A DNA stretch of 64,000 nt from Callorhinchus milii. Its lineage: Eukaryota. The position numbers and the translations under genes were made by a program. Positions 33,201-48,200 of the stretch are shown in pieces. Where the stretch lies: contig NW_024704743.1 of assembly GCF_018977255.1 (NCBI RefSeq), positions 28,274,001 through 28,338,000 on the forward strand, in the 5' to 3' direction. The notes below the pieces were generated by a model that was given only the letters and a program-made list of their open reading frames with translations, searched no databases and was not told where the DNA came from. Each line of letters opens with the position of its first letter. Position 1 is the stretch's first letter.

Positions 33201-36200
33201 GCCCCTTTAAGCAAAGTGCACGCAAAAATGGTTTATCACTCCTACAAACAGTGCAGTACCCAAAACTGCTCAGTAAAGCTCATTTCACATTGGAATAACA
33301 TTTCAAACCGCTTCATAGGATTTACTGTAAAGTTTAGTGACTGTGTATGTTGAGGTGAACATTTTCTACACACTTGTCAAACTTACTGCACTTTGTAGCA
33401 ATAGGAATTGCCTCCCAAAGCTTTTAATTTCACTGTCCGATTGTTACAAATCACATAAATATATGGTTCTGCTTAATGCAAGGATTATTATTATTATTAT
33501 TATTATCAACAAGGCAGTCCTTTTGGACATAAAATCTTTAGTACCATAAGGAAAAAATCTCCTCATGAAAATTAGAAAAAACTCACCTTCGTTTTTAGTC
33601 TTAAGTATGGAGTAGCAACAAGAAGCCATGTCAGAGATAACTGAGAGGAAGAACGAAGGATTGTCTCTCACTCTTTGTCCGAATGGGAACCGCATGACAC
33701 AAGCATGGAATCTGACAACAGCAGCACAAATAAAATATTATTATAGTGGTGGTGACCTTATTAAACTATAACTGTTAATCTCCTTTTCTCAATAATTTCT
33801 AACAAACAGAAAGGGTGCAGTGTTAAGAGTAGAATTATGCAGAGATATTATGCAGTGTGTCAGGTTGGATCAGTGGTAGCATTCTCGCCTCTGAGTCAGA
33901 AGGTTGTGGGTTCAAGCCTTAAGTCGGGACTTAGAATCACATAGTCTAAGTGTGTTGTTTTGTTGGAGGTGCTATGTTGTTAAACCATGAGATGTTAAAC
34001 CAAAATCCAGTCTGCCTGTTCAGGTAGAGGTTAAAGATCCCTTGGCACTATTTAAAAAGAGAAGGGAATTTCTCCCGGTGTACTGGGCAACAATTTCCCA
34101 GATAAAATTATAAAATTGGTCACTCAAAAATTGGCCGTTTGCGGGACATTGCTGTGTGCAAACTGAATGCCGCATTTCACTCACAAAATACGCAGGCAAT
34201 CCACTTTAACAGTATATCCTGTGAAGTGCTTTGAGATGTCTCAATGACGTGATAAGGTGCAATATCAAATGCAAGGATTATTATAATATTATTATTATGT
34301 CCAAAAGAAATTAATTGGCTGATTAATAGACAGCGAGGTACTCAAGATTCACTTCAGAAACACACAAGATTCCTGCCACAACTGCCACACCCTACATACA
34401 CACACACACACACTATGGAAAAAGGTAAATAAGATAGCCGTTTCAGTGTTAATGCTGCTATCTAACTGTGCAACAACATTCAGAACTTACAGGGGTAGAT
34501 TTTTGGGGGCATTTTAAAAATAAAAGAACTGGACAAGCACAGGGTATTAGCGGATCCATCACCTTGAGACATCTTCTCAACATGAAAGGCAGTTTATAAA
34601 TGCAATTGGTTTGTTTGAAGAGCATTTTATGTCAGCTTTGGATTTAACCATTATGATGGGGCATCAGAGGTTACATCTGCAAATCAACCAAGGCCTTTTC
34701 TGATCAACAGGGTGGACAATGTGTTGAATGCAGTCAAATTCTGAGCATTGGATTGTAATATTGCAGAATTTCAAGAAAAACAAACCAAGTTGACTGCTGA
34801 TACCACTTTTACAGCAAGATATACTCAACCGTCTCCTCATCTTTGAATTCTTGTTCAAACAGCTCTTCTATTGTGCTTTTGGTCAACATATTTAAACCTC
34901 TTATTTTCCTTTTGTTGTCCATTATCATAATGGTTAAGCGCTTTGGGACATTCTTACATATAAAGCATCATACTGTAAAATTCTAATGTTGGTTAAGAGT
35001 TTAGCTGGAGTAATGTGTCCAATTCTGGGCACCACATTTTGGAAAGATGTCAAGGCCTTGGAGAGGGTGCAAAGGAGATTTACCAGAATGATACTTGGGA
35101 TGAGGGATCTCAGTTATGTGGAGACGAAGTTGGGTTTGTTTCCTTAGAGCAGAGAAGATTAAGGGGAGATTTAGTAGAGGTATTCAAAATTATGAGGGGT
35201 TTTGATGAAAGTAAATAAGGAGAAACTTTTTCTACTGGGGGATTGGTCAGTAACCAGCGGACAAATATTTAAGATAATTGGCAAAAGAACTGGAGGGGAA
35301 ATCAGAAGAAATGGTTTTACGCAGAGAGTTGTTACGATCTGGAATGTACTGCCTGAAAGGGTGATGGAAGCATATTCAATAACAACTTTCAAAAGGATAT
35401 ATACTTCCTTGCTAGGCTATGGGGAAAACACGGGGGAGTGGGAAAACGATTGGATATCTCTTTCAAAGAGTCGGCACAGGCGCAATGTGCCTAAAGGCCT
35501 CCTCCTGTGCTGTAAGGTTCTATGATTTATCCTAAAATTGCCCTACACAATCCTGAACCCATTTTATTACTGGAAAAATGAAATCAGTTAACATGGAACA
35601 GAACTGCTGTCTAACCCAACTCTGAGGGCCATATAAAAATCAATGTGTAGGCAGGCTGGATAGTCTTGAGTGAAACAAGTCCTTCTCAACTCCAGCAATG
35701 TGCTCTCCTCAATACACCTCTACATATCAACAAAGAGCAAGTGAATTATTACACTGTGTTAAAATCTTAACCGTTTGTACTGTATAACCAGGGCTATAAA
35801 CTGTTGATCAGTGGCACACTCAGTAACAATAAAGAACCAAATATTGACTGATTTCTAGAGGCACCAGGATTAAAGTTGAATGATGTCCTCGTGCTGTTTT
35901 GGTTGATTCGAATCAGAACAATCAACAATATTGAAAAGTGATGAGTTTCACACATACATATGAACCACCATTTCTCTCCGGCATCCTCCAGTATCTTCTT
36001 GTTTGGAAACCAATAGGCAATGCTGCTTTTTGGGGGCTGTTTCTCAATGGCGGTTATAAGCAAGTCCACACTGGAAAATTACTGGCCACTGTCACTTATA
36101 TTGTTATTACAATACAAAATTGCATTTGTATAGCGCGTTTCACATCGCGAGGACGTCCCAAGGTGCTGGGAGTAACAGAGTAACTAGTCAACACAGTTCA

Positions 36201-39200
36201 ACAGAAGTATAGAGTACAGTAATCCCATGTCAGCAGGGTTTTCCATGCAGACCGGCAGTGTTGTCACCAAGGATTACCATCGTGAGGTGCTATGCATTGC
36301 GCTTGTCTCTACCTCTGTGACCTGCTGACCCCATGTCAACCTGTCCACTCCCTCCTCTCGGCAGGCTCCATGTCCCCCGCCTGGCCCACCCCACCATCAG
36401 CAGTCGGGCCTTCAGCCTTTCTGCCCCCACCCTATGGGACTCCATCCCACATTCCCTTCACCTCGCTTCCTCCCTTGCCTCCTTTAAGGCGCGTCTCAAA
36501 ACCCTCTTCTTCGACCATGCCTTCGGCCACCCTCCTACCCTCCACCTTCCCCGATCATGACCCCCAGCCCAGGTCCAAATCCCTGACCGTCCAGCGCCTC
36601 GGGACATCCGCCTGACGTGAAAGGCCCTTTACAAATGTAATTTTGTATTGTATAGGGTCTCACTCGAGCAAGTTCCAATTTCAGCCATGCCATCAAGCAG
36701 ATTTCAAGCTCTTCTCTACAGGAAGAGTGAAGTCTCCAGGCCACTCACACACATTATGCTTTGCAGCCAACTCCAGAACAACACAAATCTGGTGTTCTCA
36801 CATGCCCTGCTGCCAGGTCCATAACAGCACGTCTCCAATATCAGCCCCTCTGTAGCAAGGGACTCCAGACAGCAGAACAGACGTCCAAGGCCATGATACC
36901 CGTCTGATCTCTCAGTTGCAAGAGGTGCAACTAGCAAGGGGTGGAAAAAGAAGATAATGGTGCAAACGTGGAAAGCAAACATCCAAATAAAGCACGGTAC
37001 ACTGACTACTAGGTCTTGCCTTACTTGTGACCATTATCCTCAATAAATACGTACCTGTAACATATCAGTCACTATCAACAATAATAATCCTTGCACTTGA
37101 TATAGCGCCTTATCACGTTGTTGAGACGTCTCAAAGTGCTTCACAGAATATATTGTTAAAATGGATTTACTGCGTATTTTGTGGGCTAAACGTGGCAGCC
37201 AACTGAGCAAATGGATTGAGTGATCAAGTTGGGGGGTTTTTGGGGGGTGGAGGAGAGAGGATTAGTGCTCCAAATACATCAAACCTTGAGAAGATAAGCA
37301 AAAGGTACAAAATTAATGGAAACCTACCTGTACGCCTGGAGAAGAAATATTTTGTAGACATTGATGCTAACTGTTCTCAATGTACTGACCTGCAGAAATA
37401 GCAAATACATCACTTGCTTTCCACTTGCTCAAACTGAACAAAACGTACAAGGCGAGCAAAACATTAATTTTCTTTATTTGAAGGTTTGCTGGAAAGCAAA
37501 AGGAAATCAATGGAATTGTTTAAAATGTTTTTACAAAAATATTTGTTCACTGTTCACTGTCAGGAGAGGGTGCGGATTCTGGCCTTTAAGAAATACTAAA
37601 GTACAACAGCAAAAAGTTGCATTTCAATCGCATCATTCATGCAGGATAATGGCTTTCAGCAATTCACAATGACAAAGTCAGATGCCAAAGTGAGGGTGAA
37701 AGGAAGGAAATCGTAGATGGGGTCAAAGACATAGGTTTTAAGGCAGGATTTAAAGACAAACAGAGAGGAGGTGAGATGGAGGGGTAGAGGGAGAGAGTTG
37801 CAGAACTCAGGGGACACATGGTGGGAGACAGGCCTGAGTTAGTCAAAGGATGGGTTGAGCCGAGGTGTGGGGTAGGCGAAGATGAGAGAGATAGGAAGGT
37901 AAAGAGATTTATAGATGAAGGCGAGGAGTTTGAGGTCAATCCGTTTGGGAGTCAGGGGAGAACTAAGATAATGAGTGTGAAGTTGAGGCAGGAGGGAGAA
38001 AAGAGAACTGAGGATCGAACCGGACGCCAAGGTTACTCATTTGGTTCAAAGAGTTTGAGAGGCCATGGAAGTTGAGGAGTTCGGGTTTGAATGTGAGGAG
38101 ATGTTGGGTGGGAGCTGAAGGGGATGACTTCTGTTTTGTCAGGGTTAAGCTGCAGCAAAATAAGGTACATCCAGGTCTTGATGTACAACAAGCAGGTAGA
38201 TGTAATCAAGAATAGAAATGGAAAAGTTAATTTGGGCGTTATCTGCGTATAAGCGCTCTGGGACGCTGCCGCACTACATAAATGCAAGTTGTTGTTGTGA
38301 ACCCAGTTTAATAGACGATGACGCCAAGCGAGAGCACGTAAAGGAAGATGGCGAGGATAGAGCCCTGATGTACTCCACAGGTGACTGTATCTCAGGAGGA
38401 GAAAGCACTGGAGGAGACTAAGAAGAGGCAAGTACGATTGAAACCAGGATAGTACAGTCCACAAAGTTAGACGAGGGATTAGAGGCGATCAAGGAGAATG
38501 GAGTGGTCCAATGTTATTAATGGCAAAGAGATTGAGGAGGATTAGGAGATAGAGGGAGGCCTGATAGCAGAGAGAAATAATGATGATGAAGCAAAGTCTG
38601 TGCTGAAAGCAATGAACTCCAAAGGAGGGGATCATAAAGATGCATTTTCCTCAGTCACATGGTCTTCTGATGTCAAGAACAGCTTAAGCCACTATAATTT
38701 AACTGAATCAAAGGAGGAGTCTAGGTTAATTCCAGAAATACATTTTATTACAGAATAAATATAAAACATTTGTATAATTTACTTTTGAATTGACAAATCA
38801 CAGTAAATCATTCACTGAATTATTCAGGGATCTAAGGGGGTATAAATAAGCAATCTCCCAATACTTTATATATTAACAAACTGAGTTTAGAAGGGCGAAG
38901 GTTTAGACAAAGTTTAGTTTTAAGTTCTTTACACAATGCTTTTAACAGAATTTTTCAGTCCATGTAGCTGACACCTCAAATGCACATATCATTATGCTGG
39001 CGAATCATTCAGTGCTAGATACTGTCAACGTGAATGACCAAGGCTTCAATTTGCTTCTGTATTGATTAAGAGAAGCTAACCCACCTTTAGCTTTGCTGGG
39101 TGTACCGTCATATAATCACATCTTACCTCCAGGTCCAGGAAGATCTGGTGACACTTCAGTTTCAGAACTGCCAGCAGCTTTTGCCTCAGGTTTTGCCCAG

Positions 39201-42200
39201 CTTTAGAACTGCAGTTGAAGGTCAGGCTTGATGTGATGGAGGTGTTTGCATAACTAGAAGAGAAACACAGCATTACTTCAACCATCAATGCAGCAACCAA
39301 TACATTGATCGGGAAGACATTTCAGATGTAAAAGACCCTTTAGTCCATTTGGCCTCAGCCTTCCAGAATACCCACCGCATTGCTTTTCCATTAACAAGAA
39401 CAAACTGCACTTATACACAACACTTCACTGGGGTATCATCTCAGAGCACTGTTTCTTAAATGAGTCAAGGTGTTTCTTAAATGAGTCCAATGTTCTGGCT
39501 TCAACCATCCTTTCTGGTAATGTTTTCCAGATGGTAATCTCCCTTTATGTTGAGAAATATTTGCTGGTGATTGTACTAAAATTTCTTTCACAACATAAAA
39601 TCTGTGCCTGTGTGTTAGACCCCCTGGTTAACCTGAAAACATTAATAACCTTTCGGTCATCGACCTGAAACATTAACTCACTTTCCTCTCTCCATAGATA
39701 CTGCCTGACCTTGTGAGTGTCCCCAGCAACTTCTGTTTTTATTTCAGATTTCCAGCAGCTGCAGTATTTTGCCACACTATGTTTACTTTCAATCCCATTT
39801 AGGATCTTATAAACCACTACACTGCCCTCTCTGTCCCAATGTCTCTTTTCAAGGCTTAAAACTCCAGATATCTAATCGCTTCCCATAGTTTCTTGTTCTG
39901 CCACCAGGGATCAGCCTCTTGTTCTCTTTTACACTGGACAGTCAATGAGAGAGAACAACAACAAATTACGTTTGGTTAGTGCCTTTCGCATCAGGAGGCC
40001 ATCCCAAGGCGCTGAACAGTCAGGAATCCACACCCGAGCTGGTGGTTGGGATAAGGAGGGGTGGAGAGTGGGTTAGTAGGGTGACCGAAGGCATGGTTGA
40101 AGAGGAGGGTCTCGAAACGAGTCTTGAAGGGAGGGGGCGAGGCAGAGGGACTGGGATGACCGGGCAAGGCAAGGGACTTGAAGCAAACCAGAGCCCGCTG
40201 AGCGGAGGGCAGCATGGAAACCCGATTAGTGGAGAGGAAGCTGGGATGCGACGACTCGTTCCAGGGCCTTGGAGCGTAATTGGAGACTGCAGATGTGGCG
40301 ATAACTGGAGAATAGTGATGGGTTCAGCAAAGTTTTTTGGGGGAATGGGGGTGATGACAACTGTTTTTTTGAGGGTGGGAACAGTGGCCGTGGATATAAG
40401 GAGAGATTGATGATGTCAGTTAAGAGAGGGACCAGGACGTGGAGGTGGGAGGTGAGAAGAGGGGCGGGGATGGGGGTCGAGGCAGCAAATGGTGGGCTTC
40501 ATTTTTGAGATGATGGAGATGAGGGAAGAGGGGGAGACAGGGTCGAAGGTGTGGAGGGAGGGGTGGTTGGGGTCAGGGTGTGAGGGGGAGGTGGGGAGGG
40601 GTTAGTGGTAGATGGAGGAAGAGGTAGCCGAGTGAATCCCTTCGAGTTTGGAACATTAACATGCTTGATGAAAACAAGTAGCTTGTATGGAAAATTAGAA
40701 TGCCAATATGAGCCCCAATTGACTCACACAGGAGTAGTTCAAAATAGCCAAAACTTCTACCAACTGAGGCAGGCTGACACTCTCACAAAAATAACACCTT
40801 TTTGTTCCTCATTCGATGTAGATTTTTTTATATAAAACTTTTAAGCTTTAGTGTAGATCGCCTGCAAATGCTTTTCAAATATTAATTGAAATCGGTTTCA
40901 CTGGCAGGTGTTTAATCTCTTATCTGTGTATTTAGGTTAATGGAATCACTGACATGTTGCAAGCTGTTGTTATTACTGCTGTGTTGTGCAAGTGGAACAT
41001 TTGTCGACCACCTTAAGAATCTAAATAGACTAACAATGCCAAGAACCAAAGTCCTATTACAAAGATAAGGGAAATCTGTATCAGTCGGTTCTTGATATTG
41101 CAATAGTGGACAAATATCTGTTCACTTGAGACATACTAAACTTTTAAAGGTTATACAGTCTTTACTGTAATACGTCTCAGATATTCCACACAATAAGTGA
41201 CAATAGGTGCCAGCTGTTTAGACATATGTAGCAGAGCCAACAAGTTCCAAGGCATCTTTTATATAAAGCTTTCAGAAACTCACGCGAAGGAGTTAGCACA
41301 GAAAGTTCTGTACAGGAAGGGAATGGTCAAAAGCCAAAGCAGCATTTAGCAATCAGCTTACCTCAGTCATGCATCACTGGACAAATAGGACATCTGAAGA
41401 AAATCTGAAGACATTTTATGTAAAAGCTAACCCAAGTAAAGTCCCGTTAAAGTACTTTTCAATATTACTGAAATATGGTAAAGCTGGGATTCCCAAGATG
41501 GAATGCTACAGCTTTAAACACAATTATCTCTTAAACAAAAGCCAATAGATGGTTTGTCATGCGCATTTCCCAAGGTTGTGAACATATAACAAGATCCTAA
41601 GATTACACAAGATCAATTCATTGGGAATCATAAAATGTGGAATTATCAGATATGAAGCAATATTTCCTAGATTAGCAACCTCAATATACTGTTTTGCAGG
41701 ACAATTGTAGTCATAGAGTAGGATGTTGATCATCTGAGTCAAATGATTGTTTGATGAAGAAACTCAGAATACAATTAACTGCTAAATTTGGAGGATCAAT
41801 GGGTTACACAGGCAACAGTTCTGACGACACAGCAATTCTCAGTTATACACTGGAGTGAATTCACGTCCTGGCTAGGTATCAACCTGACACTCTCGCAACT
41901 GAGTCTAAAGGCTGTGGGTTCACGTCTCTCATCAGGATTATACCCTCACATCCTAGGCTCAGACTCCAATCCAGTATTGGGGGAGTGCTGCATTGTCGAT
42001 GGAGCCGTCCTTTGGATGAGATAATAATCCAAGGTCTCGTCTCACTGTTCAGGAGGACCTTAAAAGATCCAATGGCACTATTCGAAAAGAAAAGGGAGTT
42101 TTGCACGGGTGTTCAGGTCAAAAATCCACCAGATAAAATTAGTCATTCACTTCATGGTCGCTTGTGTGACATTTGCATGTGCAAAATGCCTGCCTCGCTT

Positions 42201-45200
42201 GCCTACAACATATACAGTCCCTACACTTTACAGTAAAATTCTGTGAAGTGTTTTGACGAATTGTGATATGAGAAACTGCTATATCAAATATAAAAAATAT
42301 TGGATTATGAGCTCATGTCCTTCAGATGCAAGGATTATTATTATATTATTATCAGGAGGGGTTGTAGGGCAGAGAGGGTAGGGGTAGGAGAGTGACCGAA
42401 AGCAAGGTCAAAGAGGAGGGTCTTGAGACAGGTCTTGAAGGAAGCAAGGGAGGCGGCGAGGCAGAGTGACCGTGAGATGGAGGCAGAAACAAAATTAAAT
42501 ATGTTGATCATAATGCATGGCTGCATGAGTTACAAAACTGGAACAACGAAGCTACACACACACACCCACAAAAAAGACAGGTGAATGCATCACAGCTTTT
42601 CTCTTTCCCCCATGTACAAGTGCAACAAGGGCTGTCTAAGTGCAAAGGAATCACAAACTTTATTTCAAGGCGTAACCAAACAGTGACTTTGTGGTCTTGA
42701 CGGGAGCTTTTTGATGGATTGAGAATCTTAGTGAACATTTTGCAAGANTTTTTTTTATAGTCTGGTTTGTGGTTATCTACCGCAAATGCACGAGAGAGGA
42801 TAACGGTGTAATCTAAAGGTAATCTTATCAGGTGGGCAGAGTTCAAGGCAGGAATCTTAAAATATAATGAAAGTCATTAACTACTGCGACTACACACGGT
42901 TTTGAAAATGTACAACTGTTGCTTTCCCTCCATTCACACACAGAAAACTCACTTTTAATAACTACATCTATTTACATAACATTACATCTGCTAATGCCAC
43001 AACATACTACAATGATTCCAACACTTGCTTTCAGTATCTACTAATACTGAGAACAATTCCCAAGAATTATCTTACTCTAACAGAATATATAATGACTGCA
43101 GTTCCCAAACATCAACTACTAAATGTTGAATAGTGAGCAGGAACAGATTGAAAATAGACAAGTAAGGCAACAAGCTAAGTATCTAATATTTCACCTTTAC
43201 TACTGGGCTTACATCATTGGTTGGGCACCTATATCAAGGTGGTGGTGGGATGGGTATAGAGAAAGGTGACCGAAAATATTGATTAAGTGTTTGCTGGCAC
43301 TGAATTTGTGTTTTTTAACTGAAATTGCACGTGAATTAGACAACTCTGGGAAGCAGTGGAAGCAGATTGCGTTTCTCAAATAGCTATACAAATGACTTCT
43401 TGAACTGGCCGAGAAATCTATTGAGGGATCATGGAGATATATGGTTTGATGGTTATTTTGTGATCAAATGGGCTGCAATGGGCTTTTCCATTCCATGCAA
43501 GAATTGTGGTTTTGAGATACAGCAGCAGAATGATATAGTTCTTACCTGGAGTAGTCACAGTAGACTTCGAGGGTCTGTGTATTGAGTAACAAACCACACC
43601 AAGGGAAGAGACAATGCTCCTGTAGTGTCTTGACATTGATGCAGCCCAGAAGATCATTGTCTAATGGGAAGTTCACCATTGTTTTATTGGGGTGAATGAA
43701 ACAACCATATTCTGGAATTCCCGCGGTCAGCATTCTTGATCAGAAGGAAACAGAAATAATCCATTATTCAACAGGAAATAATCTCGCTATTCAGCATGGC
43801 AACTTCACTGACCTACAGAATATTAATTCGCAGCAGTTAGAGAACAGTCTAAGGTCACTTAAACTTTCCAATACCGCAAATGTCCAACCAAAAAAAAAGG
43901 ATATAGTATTAAATATGCTATTCTGGTGACATTCAGTGTTGGTGTGCCAATAATAATACTTGCATTTGATATAGCACCTCATCACATCTTCGAGATGTCT
44001 CAAAGCGCTTCACAGAATATACTGTTAAGTGAATTGACTGTATTTTGTGGGTGAATTGCAGCAGCCAATTCTGCACAGCAGTGTCCCACAAACAGTCATG
44101 GATTGAGTGATCAATTTATTATTATTATATTTTTGAAGGGATTAGTACCCCCAGAAAAGTGATCTGCCAATCGATTAACAATTGGGTTCCTACTTACTGC
44201 TAGGTAAACAAGGCGTGTGGAGTAAGGAAACTTGCCCAACGTTTCACCTTCCCGGGAATCAAACCCAGGTCTCTCGCTTGCAAGGCGAGTGCACAGTCAC
44301 TCAATGAGAGGTTCTGCTTATTTTTCTCACAGCAGCATAGGCCTAGAAACAATTCACAAGTCCATCCCAATCTCAAGTCTTTTTAAATCGGTTTCCAGAA
44401 TCAGAAGATAAGGCAATGAATAAAAAAAACTTAATGAATAATGAGGGTCAAAGCACAGTGAATACTGAGGCTGGAGGTGGAATTCTCTGGTCAAAGATAC
44501 TTAATTCAAACCTCCAGCGCCCAGATACTCACCCACACAAAACTCTGTACCCCATCACACCATCCTTGCCAGGTTCCACCGGCTCCCAATTATCAAGTGG
44601 ATCCATTTCAAGATCCTCTCACTCGTTTTCCAATCCCTTTGTGCCCCTAGCACCTCCCTACCTGTCCGAATTGCTTACCCCCTACTTCACTAGCCGCTGC
44701 CTCCAGCTTCATGTTTACCCCTCGTCCCCTCCACCATTGGTGATTGTGCTTTCAGCCACTACACCCCAAGACGCTGGAACTCTCTCCCTCAACCCCTCTG
44801 CTTTGTCCCCTTCCTCCCCACTTTCAAATCCCACCTAAAGACCTCATTTTTGACTGTGCTTATGGTCACCTCCCCCCTCCCTCTCCCCCTGGCTCAGGGT
44901 CACACTCCACCACTGTCAAGCACTTTGAGATGTTACCCAGTGTGAAGGGTGCTATATAAATGCAAGTTATTGTTATGCTGTTTCTAGCTCCACCAATGGA
45001 GCGTTACACCTGAACCGTACCCATCTCTTGCTCTTTCCCTGTGCCCATAAATGTCTCTATAGCCCATAAAAAAACTACAATTTTATAAATATTTGTAGCC
45101 CAGTCCATTGACTGACTGCTTCAGTAACTCAATATGAACACAATCAGAAACACACTTACATCAAAGTGAACATATTTCTAAAAAGCTAATGNAAAAAATC

Positions 45201-48200
45201 TTTGTAATTACAGCTTCAAATTACATTAAATGTATGTTTATTTTTGCAAGAGTCACAAGCAATGTTTCAATGTTTAAAAGTTCTGATCCAATATTTCAAT
45301 GCTGGCTTCAACCTAATGGACATTCTCAAACATGTCAACAGATTGAAATGTGTGGTGCATTGTTGAATTCATTTAGCATCTGTATGCTTTCTGCAACACT
45401 GCTAGAGCTCATTATACTTGTTTTTTGTGTTTATAGAGTGGGTGGAACAACAACAAATTACATTTGTAAAGCGCCTTTCGCAACAGGAGGATGTTGCAAG
45501 CCGCTGGAGTCAGGGATCAGCACCCAAGCTGGTGGTTGGGATCAGGAGGGGTGGAGGGTGGGGAGGGTGGAGGTAGGAGTGTGACTAAGGGCACGGTCGA
45601 AGAGTAGAGTCTTGTAACGGGTTTTGAAGGTGGTAGGGGGGAGTGGGGTGTGAGGCGGAGGGACTGTGGGATGGAGTTCCAGAAGGTGGGTCCGCCATGG
45701 ACATGCAGATCACCAGGTGTGCAGGGCACCTCTGGCTTCTGACGTAGACTGGTCGGATTCCTGCACATGGCACAGAGGCGCAGAAGATGCCTTAATGTCA
45801 GCAGTGTTCTGGCAACCACTGGAAACATTTACAAGAGCAGCCTCCGTTGACCGGCCGGCTTACATATGTATAAATCTGCGGCAGAAGCCAGATATGATTA
45901 AATACATTACTTCTGAAAGATCTTACATTTTAAGAGACAGTAGTTCTAGATCAGGTGAAATTGCAGCACTAATGTACATAATTTGGCCATGTGATTTTGC
46001 ACTTAGAAGTTTAATATATCTCAACAGCCGAGGTAAAACAGCACACATTTCAACTCAGAGGTGCTGCATAGCTACAGTCTTACGTCACTGGCCGTACCTC
46101 AGAAAGCGTTGTGCTTGTGATAAGTGAGGCGTGACTAGCAAAAAGTCATCAATCAGTCGCAGCAACAACCTAGAAGAAAGAAGTGTTTGTACCAATGAAT
46201 GGAACATAAGATAGACTCCACATTGTAACAAAGTTCCAAAACAAAAAAAACACACCTTTTCATACTGAGATATCAGCATTGCTGTCGCTACTTTTTTTTA
46301 AAAAAACACCTTTTAATTTACATAGAAAAAGTTTACAAGAGTAACCAGAAGAGCCCTACTGCCTACCCGTCCTTCTGAATTCCTTGGAAAAGCTGGTTTT
46401 CCATGTCCCCATAGCACAGACTGCAGAGTAAGGTTGAGAGGATCGAGCCCTGTGGAATCCCACGACGTTGGACATAGTACCTGAGAGCAAGAGTTGAGAA
46501 GAGATAAGACCTTTGAAGCATTGGCTTTCTTGTGTTTAATGAGAAGGAATAGTGGAAATAATTCACTTCTTTCCACCCAGACCAATTAAAATGCAATGAA
46601 AGTCAACTATATTGAAATGCCTTTCAGTTCTGTTTGAAAATACTAATAAGGAACAACAAATCCACGCAATAAACCAACAATATGAAAATATTACATCCTT
46701 TCTGTATTATGCTGCACACAGACGCAGTCAGGCCTTGAATGGTGCCTCAAAGTTGTCAAAATAAAATGTTCATACATACAAGCAAAAGATGTTGGATCAA
46801 ACTGAGTTCCTGAGTAAGAACAAGAATCAGAGGTAAATCCAGTGAAATGAATAGGTTACAGGGAGGAAATTGCAACAGGATTGTTTCTCTAGCAGAATAT
46901 AATGATTGCAATAATTAACAGGCTAATGTTGTCCGGAACGTAATCTGTTTTCATTGATACATTTTGTTTGTCCATGTGAAGGAAGTAATAATGTTAGCAG
47001 TCTATATTGTACTGCACTGAACTGGAAAATTGAAAATGGCCAGATTGTTTGAAAGAATCATAATCTCCAATCAATCAACCTGTCCTCAGTACCAATTTAG
47101 TGCAAGAGGTCACCTACCATTACAATTCTAACTCTTTAATAGCAAATGAGATTAACAGAATTCATACCTTGTTTTCTTGTGACCCTGGAAGCAATTTCAG
47201 CCGCATTTCTGAGTGCTGCAGTGTCAGGGTACATGAGCAAACTGCTGTGAAAATGTCTTCACTATTCTGAACTGGATTTTGAGCAAATTGTCTCAGTTCT
47301 GGCCATTCAGTGGTCCATCACATCTATTTTATTATTATTATTTATTATTATTATTATTATTTTGTGACAGGTTTGATCAAATATCCTGCAGCCGAATGCT
47401 ACAAACTCCAAGAGTAGAGCGTTCCATTGAAAAGCAACATCAATAAAGTACCGCTTTCATATTGCAGATTTTTGGTTTCCACAGACACTGTTTTTTTTAA
47501 TCAGTCTACAGAGCTCCAAGAGATTGCGTGCACCGATGACATTCTGTACATGACACCATTGCCCTGACACCATTGCACAAGTATTGCCTTGACATCCAGC
47601 CATTGCCGCATTCGGGAAAAATCGTGAATGTTGTTTTCAAGATGCCCCTGTGCCAAACAGTGGCGGAAACTCAAAAAAAAAAACCCTGCTCCCCATGATC
47701 CTTTTGCAATTAAGTTACTTGACAAAAAGAAAATCACACACAAAAAAGACATTCGACCAAAAGAAAATTCGAACATTGATTAGCTTTTGCCAAAACGTGT
47801 TGCCGTCACTGTAATAATGTCAGATGTTCCCTCAGGCATGGAACATTGTAAAGACAACTAGCTCCAGAGCTCAGAGTTGTGACGAGTGAGATCTCCAGGG
47901 CACGGAGGCACTGGAGATCGAACTCTTGATTGTTGTCCTATCGGATCTGGAGCCAGCCACTCTACATGACAAAACCAGCCACTCTACATGACAAAACCAG
48001 CCACTCTACATTGCCTCTGGAGACAAGCTCATCTCAGGGCAACGGACCAGCTGTATTTTATACTTTATTAGATGTAATAAAATTGTATTTGATTAGATTC
48101 ATAACTCGGGTGCAAACCCTTCAGTATCCAGCGCCTTGGGACGTCCTCCCAATGTGAAAGGCTGTCTACAAATGCAATTTGCTCTTGGTGTTGTTATATC

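Noticed and set aside
36660..37050. Cryptic TERT exon or small gene (88-aa ORF 36716..36982)
   Set aside because: There is an acceptor-like ttgctag, but no recognisable homology or clear donor, and exons 13 and 14 already join in frame
42748..45192. Ambiguous bases (n) at 42748 and 45192
   Set aside because: Assembly uncertainty beside intronic homopolymers; no biological signal
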